The position numbers were made by a program, and so were the translations under genes. Positions 1 through 7,936 of a DNA stretch of 64,000 nucleotides are shown here, one piece after another. This DNA is from a bacterium (GTDB lineage Bacteria; Patescibacteriota; Gracilibacteria; UBA1369; PNNO01): assembly GCA_013824265.1 (NCBI GenBank), contig PNNO01000001.1:41051-105050 (forward strand), written 5' to 3'. The notes below the pieces were generated by a model, which had not been told where the DNA came from, ran no database searches, and was given only the letters and a program-made list of their open reading frames with translations. The number at the start of each line of letters is the position of its first letter. Within the stretch, counting starts at the first letter, position 1.

Positions 1-1
1 G

Positions 2-130
2 CAAATAATACTTTTTACATACATCATAAAAGTTATTATAGCCTTAATGGACACACCTTTTATTTACCTATCAAAAATGTGGCCGTTCAGACCACATCTT
101 AAGGAAGAGACCGTAGAAAAAAATCAGTAA
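2..130 (+). CDS. 3' end of a membrane protein gene that runs off the window start; possibly a YhhQ/VUT (queuosine precursor transporter) family C-terminus
   Basis: Frame 2 is open from the window edge to TAA at 128-130. It translates as QIILFTYIIKVIIALMDTPFIYLSKMWPFRPHLKEETVEKNQ. The hydrophobic helix with an ALxDTPFxY-type ending resembles DUF165/YhhQ as I recall it. The fragment is too short to be sure. Confidence 0.3.
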   Translation, partial: QIILFTYIIKVIIALMDTPFIYLSKMWPFRPHLKEETVEKNQ

Positions 131-325
131 TTACTTCATTCTTTTCTTAAGAATTCTAAGACCATGAGCAGAAACCTTCATGGTTTCCCATTTCCCTGTT
201 TCAGGATTTAAAACTTTCTTCTTAAAAATATTAGGAAGAAATCTTCTCTTTGTCTTACGATTCGAGTGACTCACATTATGACCACTAGATGGTCCTTTTC
301 CGGTTATTTGGCATACGTTTGACAT
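131..325 (-). CDS. rpmB: 50S ribosomal protein L28
   Basis: From the internal Met the product is [61 protein letters not shown], a typical bL28 signature. The ORF-track start at 391 adds 22 non-conserved residues and lies upstream of the putative promoter. Confidence 0.9.
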   Translation of the reverse strand: MSNVCQITGKGPSSGHNVSHSNRKTKRRFLPNIFKKKVLNPETGKWETMKVSAHGLRILKKRMK

Positions 326-359
326 ATCGTTTCGTTTAAGTTCATTTAAATGCCCCTGT

Positions 360-387
360 ATTGTACTCAAAAAATATAAAAATGCAA
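360..387 (-). promoter_or_regulatory. Putative sigma70-type promoter for rpmB
   Basis: On the minus strand TTGCAT (382-387) is followed by a 16-nt spacer and TACAAT (360-365). The predicted transcription start is about 28 nt upstream of the ATG at 325. Confidence 0.35.
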
Positions 388-395
388 GCACCGTA

Positions 396-1055
396 TTGTT
401 TCAAGCTCCAAAATATGGTAAAATGATACGAAAACTAAAAACAAAAAGTATGTTTACAGATCCAAATACAGACAAGGAAAGAAGCCTCAATGCAGGTAGT
501 ACCGGCCAAGAACAACCGGCAGACTTACCTGCAGAAATTACAAATCCACTCACAGAAACAAATACTCGCGCTGGAGAAGTAATAGGCAAAACCGGAGAAC
601 TTATGCTTTTAAGAAACGAACAACTGCCGAGATTAATACAAGATCAATTCTTGGCTCAGCAAAGTTTTGAAAACGGAGTAATCCCAAGTCAGCTACCAAT
701 GCACAATAAGGTTCAAGAAATGTTTAACAAAGTTCAAATAGACCAGCTTAAAAAAATACAAAATATTATAAACGCCGAAGAAAAAGCAAAACTTACCGAG
801 ATAAAAGCAGGAAACCTTGACGCAGTAGAAAAAGTTTCGGAATTCAACAGGAACAGACTCCTCGAATATTCAAAAACGGGAGCAAAAGCAATTGGATTTA
901 CTGCGAAATATCTTGCCATGGGTGGGCTTTGGGTAACAAAAATCGGGCTTTTAGCAGCAAAAGAAACATTTAAAGCGGCAGCCGACATCTGGTACTCACT
1001 ATGGGGTGCTCACCGTGATTACAGAGAAAAATATCCTAACCAAGATCAAATATAA
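396..1055 (+). CDS. Hypothetical protein with a disordered N-terminus and a hydrophobic/amphipathic C-terminal segment
   Basis: The ORF is 219 aa and its stop overlaps the next start (TAATG). I recognise no family. The C-terminal stretch [28 protein letters not shown] looks membrane-associated. Confidence 0.5.
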   Translation: MFQAPKYGKMIRKLKTKSMFTDPNTDKERSLNAGSTGQEQPADLPAEITNPLTETNTRAGEVIGKTGELMLLRNEQLPRLIQDQFLAQQSFENGVIPSQLPMHNKVQEMFNKVQIDQLKKIQNIINAEEKAKLTEIKAGNLDAVEKVSEFNRNRLLEYSKTGAKAIGFTAKYLAMGGLWVTKIGLLAAKETFKAAADIWYSLWGAHRDYREKYPNQDQI

Positions 1056-1291
1056 TGGACAAACTACTATTCTTACATCGCGAAATAAAACACGTTCTTG
1101 AGGTAATCGGATACTTTTCCGATGACGAAAGACGGCAGATGACAGCGGCGATAGCAAACTCGAGTTATGAAGATCTTGTAAAATTACTAAAAAAGCTTTA
1201 TAAGGTTGAAAGACAGTATTTTGAGTTTCGATTAAAAGACGCTGAAAATACCGACAAATTCTTACAAACCTTAAAACCAGCCCATGACTAA
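1055..1291 (+). CDS. Hypothetical small helical protein
   Basis: The ORF is 78 aa and is translationally coupled to the upstream ORF by a 1-nt overlap. I recognise no family. Confidence 0.45.
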   Translation: MDKLLFLHREIKHVLEVIGYFSDDERRQMTAAIANSSYEDLVKLLKKLYKVERQYFEFRLKDAENTDKFLQTLKPAHD

Positions 1292-1415
1292 TAGAAGCTC
1301 ATCTAAGCAACACGGAGTGCATAGCACAAACCAGCAACGTCCTAAAAGCAAGCTTAGAAACCGCCGAAATAAGGCAAAAGCCCGCGCAAGACGTGAAGCA
1401 GTAGTTTCAAAATAA
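1284..1415 (+). CDS. Candidate 43-aa Arg/Lys-rich peptide, below the ORF-track cutoff
   Basis: An ATG at 1284 lies inside the last codons of the preceding ORF, and the stop is TAA at 1413-1415. The product is MTNRSSSKQHGVHSTNQQRPKSKLRNRRNKAKARARREAVVSK. It is the only open frame in an otherwise unexplained 186-nt gap. There is no SD and no recognised family. Confidence 0.25.
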   Translation: MTNRSSSKQHGVHSTNQQRPKSKLRNRRNKAKARARREAVVSK

Positions 1416-1477
1416 TTTTTCCTTTATTAATTGATTAAGGAAAGTTAAGATAAAAAAGCCAAGTAAACCTAATATGC

Positions 1478-2395
1478 ATGGCTTTTTTCAATGGTAAAAA
1501 AAGGCGCAAGATAAAAGCTTCCTCAAAAAGCAGGATACAGGAGATAAGATCTCCTTATTCACACAGGAAGTTATTATTCAGAAAAAGGCTCCCAAAAAAA
1601 GCCGGCAAAGCAACAAGATATTCGGGAGAATTGAAGTTTTCGTATAGAAAAGGATTCCCATTAAAAAAATGGGCTCTTATAGTTGGCCTTCCGATACTGA
1701 CTATTTTTATCATTTATACGACTATTTTTAGCAACTTTTTCCAGACGGAGAAATGGCGCATTTATGGCGACGACATAGTGCAGGAAAACTCAAAATTCGA
1801 TGAGTTTTTGCGTGTCTATAAAAACAAAAACCTGGTTTTTATAGATTCCGGAAAGATAGAAAGGACAATTAAGGCTCAATATCCTGAAATCGAAACAATA
1901 AAAATTAAAAAAGTTTTTCCCGACACACTCGTTATGGAATACAAAAATTATGATGAAACGGCAAATATCTTTAATATTGTAGGAGATACACAGAAAAAAT
2001 TCATAATAAACGAAATAGGGCTTCTTGTTGAACAAGACTACGAGAACCCAAATCTGCCCTACATAAAGGTAAAAACGGAAAAAGCACTGGAACTAAATGA
2101 GTATGGGCTCCCAAAGGAGACATTGGAGTACATTTTGGATGCAGTTTACGATTACGAAGAACTTTTTGGCATGAAAATTATTGATGCCGAATATTGGAAA
2201 AGAGAAAAAGAGATACATTTAAAAACCGAGAGAGATTTTACAATCTGGCTTGATACAAACCTCACGCTACAGGAGCAATTTAGCAAACTCAAAGACGCCA
2301 TCCCAAAATTGAACATTTATACGGAGAATCTTGAATACATTGATTTGAGAATCTCTAGCATAAATGGCGAACGTGTGATATTTAAAAGTAGGTAA
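1478..2395 (+). CDS. FtsQ/DivIB-like cell division protein (POTRA domain)
   Basis: The protein has a basic N-tail and one TM helix (WALIVGLPILTIFIIYTTIF). A POTRA-like segment follows (VFIDSGKIERTIKAQYPEIETIKIKKVFPDTLVMEY). An sbp-like gene comes next, as in Firmicutes division clusters. Confidence 0.6.
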   Translation: MAFFNGKKRRKIKASSKSRIQEIRSPYSHRKLLFRKRLPKKAGKATRYSGELKFSYRKGFPLKKWALIVGLPILTIFIIYTTIFSNFFQTEKWRIYGDDIVQENSKFDEFLRVYKNKNLVFIDSGKIERTIKAQYPEIETIKIKKVFPDTLVMEYKNYDETANIFNIVGDTQKKFIINEIGLLVEQDYENPNLPYIKVKTEKALELNEYGLPKETLEYILDAVYDYEELFGMKIIDAEYWKREKEIHLKTERDFTIWLDTNLTLQEQFSKLKDAIPKLNIYTENLEYIDLRISSINGERVIFKSR

Positions 2396-2418
2396 GAACA
2401 TTTTAAAATAAGCATCTT

Positions 2419-2784
2419 ATGATTTGGGCATTACTTGGAATACTTATCGGAGTATTGGCCGGATTAGCAATAAATATCCCTATTCCAATTGAATTAACAA
2501 GATACACGGCCGTTATAAGCATCGGCATTCTGGATGCGCTTTTTGGAGCAATAAGGGCTGAAGTTACAAAAGATCATTACAACGCGGTAATATTTTTAAC
2601 CGGACTGTTTTTTAATGTAATCCTCGCGATAGGAATAACTTATCTGGGAGACAAGCTTGGCCTGGACCTATATCTTGCAGCAACCGTAGTCTTTACGTTC
2701 AGGATATTCTCAAATGTCGGGATAACCAGAAGAGCTATATTACAAAACCTTTTGCAAAAACGTAAACAGAAAAAGGCGTTTTAG
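2419..2784 (+). CDS. sbp: Small basic membrane protein (Sbp / DUF1290 family)
   Basis: The 121-aa protein is multi-TM with a basic tail. The segments RYTAVISIGILDALFGAIRAE and GLDLYLAATVVFTFRIFSN resemble DUF1290. The position right after the ftsQ-like gene fits. Confidence 0.6.
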   Translation: MIWALLGILIGVLAGLAINIPIPIELTRYTAVISIGILDALFGAIRAEVTKDHYNAVIFLTGLFFNVILAIGITYLGDKLGLDLYLAATVVFTFRIFSNVGITRRAILQNLLQKRKQKKAF

Positions 2785-2805
2785 CGCATTATAAAGCCAG
2801 TTTTG

Positions 2806-2834
2806 TTGACTAAGAAAAATTGGTTTGATATAAT
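2806..2834 (+). promoter_or_regulatory. Putative sigma70-type promoter
   Basis: TTGACT (2806-2811) is followed by a 17-nt spacer and TATAAT (2829-2834), about 30 nt upstream of the ATG at 2865. Confidence 0.45.
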
Positions 2835-2864
2835 ATACACAATATAAACATAACAAAAATAAAC

Positions 2865-3437
2865 ATGAGTAAAATTTCTAAAATTGCGTTGCTTCAAGAA
2901 ATGCTGGAAAGCGCTGAATCAAGTATTCGAAGTGCAAAGCAATTGCTTATTGAACTTGGTGGAAGTAAAAGCGATTTAAGCGAGAAATACAAGAAATCCG
3001 CCGCCGATTTAAGCATGTCCGACTCCCCTGAAGGAAAAGTCGTCGAAGGTGTATTTGACGGACAATCAATGATAGGACCTGATAAAAGGACTTACCCAGT
3101 TCCCGCTAACTATGCCAGTAAATCGAAGCTTGTGCCGGGAGATGTTCTTAAATTAACAATTCAGGATGACGGATCGTTTATTTACAAGCAAATAGGTCCT
3201 ACGGAAAGAAAGAAAATAGTCGGGCTTCTTACTCAGGAAGATGGTCAATATAAGGTTATAACTCAAGGAAAAGCCTACAAAGTTCTTCTTGCTTCCGTTA
3301 CATATTTTAGAGCTGAAGTTGGAGACAAGGTAACTATTATCGTGCCTGACCTTGAAGATAGCGAATGGGGCGCAATTGAGAATGTTCTGCCAAAAACGGA
3401 TGACGACGAAGATTATGACGATTTAACCACATTCTAA
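2865..3437 (+). CDS. Hypothetical protein with an N-terminal helix, a beta-rich core and an acidic C-terminal tail
   Basis: The ORF is 190 aa and ends in KTDDDEDYDDLTTF. I recognise no family. Confidence 0.5.
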   Translation: MSKISKIALLQEMLESAESSIRSAKQLLIELGGSKSDLSEKYKKSAADLSMSDSPEGKVVEGVFDGQSMIGPDKRTYPVPANYASKSKLVPGDVLKLTIQDDGSFIYKQIGPTERKKIVGLLTQEDGQYKVITQGKAYKVLLASVTYFRAEVGDKVTIIVPDLEDSEWGAIENVLPKTDDDEDYDDLTTF

Positions 3438-3449
3438 TTTTATTTTAAA

Positions 3450-3851
3450 ATGGATGAATCAAAACAAGCCGAGGTTGTTACAATAAAACAGGCTGTTGAA
3501 AAAGTTAAAAACTGGATCGAAGAAAAAGATTTTGAAAAAGTTAAGCAAGGTTGCGAAGAGATTTTGTCTGTAGAAAAGGAAAATGTCGAGGTTAAAAGCC
3601 TTCTGAATTTGGCAAAAAAAGAACTTGGAGAGAAACCCATAACAGCTGTGCCGGTTGTTAAGCCGACACCGCAAGTTGAGACGGAACTTAAAAAAGAAGT
3701 TTCAAAACAAATAGTTCAAAAGAAATCACACATTGGCAAAATTATACTTACAATTTTGTTGTTAGCTGTCACGGGAGGCCTTGTGTTTGCCTTTATTAGC
3801 GGATGGCTAAACCCTTTATTCGAACGACTACTGGGATTATTTGGTTTATAA
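3450..3851 (+). CDS. Hypothetical tail-anchored membrane protein
   Basis: The 133-aa protein has a charged helical N-terminal half and a C-terminal TM helix (IGKIILTILLLAVTGGLVFAFISGW). Confidence 0.5.
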   Translation: MDESKQAEVVTIKQAVEKVKNWIEEKDFEKVKQGCEEILSVEKENVEVKSLLNLAKKELGEKPITAVPVVKPTPQVETELKKEVSKQIVQKKSHIGKIILTILLLAVTGGLVFAFISGWLNPLFERLLGLFGL

Positions 3852-3861
3852 AAAATTCCCG

Positions 3862-4836
3862 ATGAAATTTTCTTGGACAAATGTTGACCGTCCGATTGTT
3901 GCGCTTGCTCCAATGGAAGGATATACGGATTCGGCTTTTAGACAACTTGTAAAAACTTATGCTCCGGGTGTTATTTGCTTTACCGAATTCACAAGCGCCG
4001 ACGCTTTAAAATACAACAGCCAAGTTTCCAAAAACAAAATCACGATAGATAAACTTGAACAACCCGTTGTTGTTCAGCTTTTTGGCAAATATCCGGAACA
4101 TTTTATAGAGGCGGCAAAACAAGTTGAACAAATGGGCGCTGCGGCCATAGACATAAATATGGGATGCCCGGCAAGGAAAGTTATAGCGTCGGAACACGGA
4201 TCTGCATTAATGAAAAATCCTGATCTGGCAGCTGAGATAGTAAATGTATTATCAAACAGCACTTCGTTGGAAGTTTCAGTTAAAACTCGTATTGGATTTG
4301 CAAATTTTGATGAGAATTATTTCTTCTCCTTCTGTGAAAAATTGGTGGCGGCTGGAGCAAAACTACTAACAATACATGGAAGAACTACAAAACAGGGATA
4401 TTCCGGAAAAGCTGACTGGAATCCGGCTTATGAGCTAAAAAAACGCATTAATATACCGGTTATCGGGAATGGAGACGTCGATTCCCCGGAGTCTGCTGTC
4501 GAAAAACTTAAAAATTTGGACGGAGTTATGATTGGTAGGGCAACTTTTGGAAATCCACTCATAATGAAAAGTATTTACGACACCTTTTACCCGGGAAAGA
4601 AGGAGGATTATCCCCTTCCAAACTGGTTTGAACTGGCAAAAAAGCACATAGATTTGAGCGTTAAAACAAAAGGAGAAAAGCGTGGAATGATCGAGATGAG
4701 AAAGCATTTGGCAATGTATTTTAGAGGCTTTCCGAACGCTTCGGAATACAGAAACAAGCTTGTAAGAGTTGAAACACGGGATGAAGCTTTTAAACTTATC
4801 GAAGAAATAAAAGAGTTCGCATCCGCTCAAAACTAG
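3862..4836 (+). CDS. dus: tRNA-dihydrouridine synthase
   Basis: The Dus family signature is present (VALAPMEGYTDSAFRQL, INMGCPARKV, TIHGRT). I chose the ATG at 3862 because the TTG at 3841 overlaps the upstream gene. Confidence 0.9.
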   Translation: MKFSWTNVDRPIVALAPMEGYTDSAFRQLVKTYAPGVICFTEFTSADALKYNSQVSKNKITIDKLEQPVVVQLFGKYPEHFIEAAKQVEQMGAAAIDINMGCPARKVIASEHGSALMKNPDLAAEIVNVLSNSTSLEVSVKTRIGFANFDENYFFSFCEKLVAAGAKLLTIHGRTTKQGYSGKADWNPAYELKKRINIPVIGNGDVDSPESAVEKLKNLDGVMIGRATFGNPLIMKSIYDTFYPGKKEDYPLPNWFELAKKHIDLSVKTKGEKRGMIEMRKHLAMYFRGFPNASEYRNKLVRVETRDEAFKLIEEIKEFASAQN

Positions 4837-4909
4837 CTCGCGATAAGATTTTGCTCGCACTTGAGTCTCGCAAAGCTCGCCTCTGTCCCTTTTCTAAGCC
4901 TTATTTAGA

Positions 4910-4938
4910 TTGATACTGTAGTTATTTTGTGATATAAT
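4910..4938 (+). promoter_or_regulatory. Putative extended -10 promoter upstream of pilT
   Basis: TTGATA (4910-4915) is followed by a 17-nt spacer and TGaTATAAT, with TATAAT at 4933-4938. The -10 element ends only 3 nt before the ATG at 4942. If this promoter is used, the true pilT start may be the ATG at 4975. Confidence 0.4.
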
Positions 4939-4941
4939 TGT

Positions 4942-6024
4942 ATGATTAATTTAGACATAAAAACAAACACACAAATGACGCTTCAATTAGACAAAATCTT
5001 TAGGACAGCGCTGCAATATAAAGCTTCGGATATATACATAATCACCGGATCAAGACCTATTTTGAGAATAAATGGCGACTTAATCCAGATTAAAGAGCAT
5101 GAGCCGCTGTCAAAAAAAATGGCCGAAGAATATCTTCTTGAGATAATGAACGACCAGCAAAAACAGCAATTTCAAAAGTCGCTGGATTTGGATTTTTCGA
5201 TAGATATAGAGTCAGTGGCAAGATTCAGGGTAAATATGTTCGTTCAAAGAAAAGGAATAGGCGCGATATTCAGGGTTATTCCGAACAAGACTTTTACAAT
5301 GGATGAGCTAAATTTGCCTGAACAATTACGCAAAATTCCAAACTTTCCAAACGGCCTTGTGATTGTAACCGGACCTACAAGTTCTGGTAAATCAACGACA
5401 CTTGCGGCACTGGTAAATGAAATAAACACTACATCCTCCAAGCATATAATTACGATTGAGGATCCGATAGAGTTTATACATGACAACAACAAATCTGTTG
5501 TAGATCAGCGCGAAGTTGGGAATCATACGTTAAGCTTCCAAAAAGCTTTAAAAGCGTCTCTACGCGAAGATCCGGATGTAATCTTGATCGGAGAAATGAG
5601 AGATCTTGAGACGATTTCCCTTGCCATAACGGCAGCTGAAACGGGACATTTGGTATTTGCAACTCTGCACACAAGCGGAGCGGCAAAATCCATAGACCGT
5701 ATTATTGACGCATTTCCACACGAACAACAAAACCAAATAAGAGCACAGCTTGCAGAAAGTTTAAAAGCTGTAATTTGGCAAAATTTATTAAAAACAAAAG
5801 ACGGGAAAGGCAGAATTGGTGCTTATGAAATACTTTTCGGCAACCACGCAGTGGCAAACATGATTAGAAAAGGAAACACTCATCAAATTGATTCTGTAAT
5901 TGAAACAAGCACTCAGGAAGGCATGCAATCAATGAAAAAATGTCTAACCGACCTTATTGAAGCCGATTTGGTTGATGAACAGGAGGCACTTACATTTTTA
6001 CCACCTGAAATGGATGTTCAATAA
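4942..6024 (+). CDS. pilT: Type IV pilus retraction ATPase PilT
   Basis: The N-terminus reads ASDIYIITGSRPILRINGDL. Walker A (GPTSSGKSTT), the Asp box (EDPIEF), Walker B (ILIGEMRD) and the His box (ATLHT) are all present. An alternative start (MTLQLDKIF) is at 4975. Confidence 0.9.
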   Translation: MINLDIKTNTQMTLQLDKIFRTALQYKASDIYIITGSRPILRINGDLIQIKEHEPLSKKMAEEYLLEIMNDQQKQQFQKSLDLDFSIDIESVARFRVNMFVQRKGIGAIFRVIPNKTFTMDELNLPEQLRKIPNFPNGLVIVTGPTSSGKSTTLAALVNEINTTSSKHIITIEDPIEFIHDNNKSVVDQREVGNHTLSFQKALKASLREDPDVILIGEMRDLETISLAITAAETGHLVFATLHTSGAAKSIDRIIDAFPHEQQNQIRAQLAESLKAVIWQNLLKTKDGKGRIGAYEILFGNHAVANMIRKGNTHQIDSVIETSTQEGMQSMKKCLTDLIEADLVDEQEALTFLPPEMDVQ

Positions 6025-6493
6025 ATTAATATCAAAATTAGTTTTATTCCTGATAGTTGTCGGTATCTCGGCACCGCTTGTTTTTGCTCAGTGGACAACA
6101 GAAACTTCAACAACTCCAACAGATACAACTCTAATAGATGCAAAAGCAAAAGAAGATAAACTTGGCAGTTTTAAAGTTAGTGATTGGCTAAAAATACCCG
6201 ATGGGCAAACATATCTTGATTCAGGAACTCCTAAAGATGGGACTAAGACAACATTAAAAAACGGACTTGTATACTTTGTAATAAAAATTATCGAGTTACT
6301 CACGAAAATAATTGGATCATTTGCACTACTTTTTCTTATCACGGGAGGCTTAATCCTTATGGCTTCACACGGAAATTCACAATTACAAACAAGAGGTAAG
6401 CAAATGATTTTGTATTCAATCTTGGGAATAGTAATCGCATTCGGATCTCTTATTATAGTTACTTTTGTTCAATCATTATTTTTCACGGCGTAA
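6014..6493 (+). CDS. T4SS-pilin-like (TrbC/VirB2-type) small secreted membrane protein, paralog 1 of 5
   Basis: The protein has a signal peptide (MFNKLISKLVLFLIVVGISAPLVFAQ) and a Thr-rich ectodomain. A C-terminal two-TM hairpin carries the loop motif ITGGLILMASHGNSQLQTRGKQMILYSILGIVIA. Its start overlaps the pilT stop. Confidence 0.6.
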   Translation: MFNKLISKLVLFLIVVGISAPLVFAQWTTETSTTPTDTTLIDAKAKEDKLGSFKVSDWLKIPDGQTYLDSGTPKDGTKTTLKNGLVYFVIKIIELLTKIIGSFALLFLITGGLILMASHGNSQLQTRGKQMILYSILGIVIAFGSLIIVTFVQSLFFTA

Positions 6494-7057
6494 ATGATTA
6501 AAAAAATCATAGCATCAATCAGTTTATTCGTTTTTATAGGGTTAATGGCACCTATGGCTTTTGCGCAAACAGGCACTACAACACCTGCCAAGGTGACATG
6601 TGCAGACGTTCAATCTGCTCAATCGAGCGGAATTTACGTAATTTTGGAAGAACCATTGGGAGGACCTGATGCAGTTTATTGCTTTAGAGTTTGTAAAATA
6701 CTAGATCCAAAGGATAAAAATACGACAAACCTTTGTAAAATTCAAGAAAAATGTGAAGGCGGAGGAAACCTGGGAACTAACGTCAGCTGCCAGAGAATTC
6801 AAATTCTACAGGCGGATTCGGGAAGTAACTTGATCTTTAAATACGTAAGAATGATTTATTTGTGGGCAGCCGGAACAATAGGAATAATATCAGTTTTCAC
6901 ACTTGTATACAGCGGCATTGGGATATCAGCTGCCGGAGGAGATTCAGCAAAAATAGACGAATTTAAAAACAGAATAATGCAATCTTTGTTGGGACTTATT
7001 GTTTTGTTTTTATCCGGATTAATACTTTACACTATTAACCCAACTTTCTTTGTATAA
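6494..7057 (+). CDS. T4SS-pilin-like small secreted membrane protein, paralog 2 of 5 (Cys-rich ectodomain)
   Basis: The protein has a signal peptide (LMAPMAFAQ) and an ectodomain with eight Cys by my count. The C-terminal hairpin reads SGIGISAAGGDSAKIDEFKNRIMQSLLGLIVLFLSG. It starts the base after the previous stop. Confidence 0.55.
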   Translation: MIKKIIASISLFVFIGLMAPMAFAQTGTTTPAKVTCADVQSAQSSGIYVILEEPLGGPDAVYCFRVCKILDPKDKNTTNLCKIQEKCEGGGNLGTNVSCQRIQILQADSGSNLIFKYVRMIYLWAAGTIGIISVFTLVYSGIGISAAGGDSAKIDEFKNRIMQSLLGLIVLFLSGLILYTINPTFFV

Positions 7058-7514
7058 GGCAATTAAACAATTAGCAATCGTCCTTATTCTTTGCGCAATT
7101 GCCCTGCAGTTCGCCATGCCTGTTGTTTTTGCTCAGGGTACAACACCCACGCCTCCCGCAACTCCGGCGGCAACTTCAACTACCCAAACTACAGTTTCCC
7201 CTACAATACCAAACATATCTACTCTACCTGGACCAAATTCAAGCCATAAACTTGAAGATACCAGTATATATCTAACATCAAATTTACTGCCTCATGTAGC
7301 AAGAACAGTTACGGGACTTGCTATAACACTTTCCGTAATATTTATAATCTTTGGATCGATACAATTTTTAACCGCATATGGAAATGAGGAAAAATTGGGA
7401 AATGCAAAAAAAGCGATAACATTTGCGGTAATAGGACTAATAATAAGCCTGCTTTCATTCTCGATTGTTCAGATTATTTTCTTCACGGGATTCCAGGTAA
7501 CTCAAATAAAATGA
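7050..7514 (+). CDS. T4SS-pilin-like small secreted membrane protein, paralog 3 of 5 (Pro/Thr-rich ectodomain)
   Basis: The start is TTG and overlaps the previous stop. The protein has a signal peptide (FAMPVVFAQ) and the stretch GTTPTPPATPAATSTTQTT. The hairpin reads IFGSIQFLTAYGNEEKLGNAKKAITFAVIGLIIS. Confidence 0.6.
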   Translation: MYKAIKQLAIVLILCAIALQFAMPVVFAQGTTPTPPATPAATSTTQTTVSPTIPNISTLPGPNSSHKLEDTSIYLTSNLLPHVARTVTGLAITLSVIFIIFGSIQFLTAYGNEEKLGNAKKAITFAVIGLIISLLSFSIVQIIFFTGFQVTQIK

Positions 7515-7930
7515 TAATATTAAAAAAGATACAAACGGGAATTTTTGTGACAATAACATTCTTACTTATGTTTAATATTGTTAATGCTCAAAATAGCACG
7601 ACAAACAGACCAAATCTGGACGACTTAATATACACATTTACAACGGAAGGAAACGACGTAACTTCAACAGATTACATAGCTTCACTACCAAGCTCGGATC
7701 CTGGACTTGTTTTAGGACAAATTACATACTATGCACTAGTTGTTGCGAACATACTTGCTTTCATTTCTTTTCTCGCTTCAGGCGTATTTATGTTGATTTC
7801 ACAAGGCAATGACGAACAGCTGGGGAAAGCAAAAAGCATTTTAACTTACACGGTTTTAGCAATGGTAATTTGCGCATTGGCTCTTGCCTTGGTTACCGGA
7901 ATTACCAAGCTTCAATTCTTCAACCCTTAA
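7511..7930 (+). CDS. T4SS-pilin-like small secreted membrane protein, paralog 4 of 5
   Basis: An ATGA overlap links it to the upstream gene. The protein has a signal peptide (LLMFNIVNAQ). The hairpin reads LASGVFMLISQGNDEQLGKAKSILTYTVLAMVIC. Confidence 0.6.
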   Translation: MIILKKIQTGIFVTITFLLMFNIVNAQNSTTNRPNLDDLIYTFTTEGNDVTSTDYIASLPSSDPGLVLGQITYYALVVANILAFISFLASGVFMLISQGNDEQLGKAKSILTYTVLAMVICALALALVTGITKLQFFNP

Positions 7931-7936
7931 AAGATC

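Noticed and set aside
1453-1487. A hairpin-plus-T-run (AAAAAGCCA, 17-nt loop, TGGCTTTTT) that could terminate the upstream three-ORF set.
   Set aside because: The GC core is only four base pairs with a long loop. The 3' arm contains the ftsQ-like start codon. It is too weak to call a terminator.
4435-4860. A 141-aa minus-strand ORF overlapping the 3' half of dus.
   Set aside because: It is antisense to a confidently identified Dus gene. It has no motif and no plausible promoter or start context.
5957-6013. An N-terminal extension of the first pilin-like gene (ORF-track start at 5957).
   Set aside because: The extension lies inside pilT in another frame and adds a non-signal-like sequence. 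The ATG at 6014 gives a canonical signal peptide like those of the other four paralogs.
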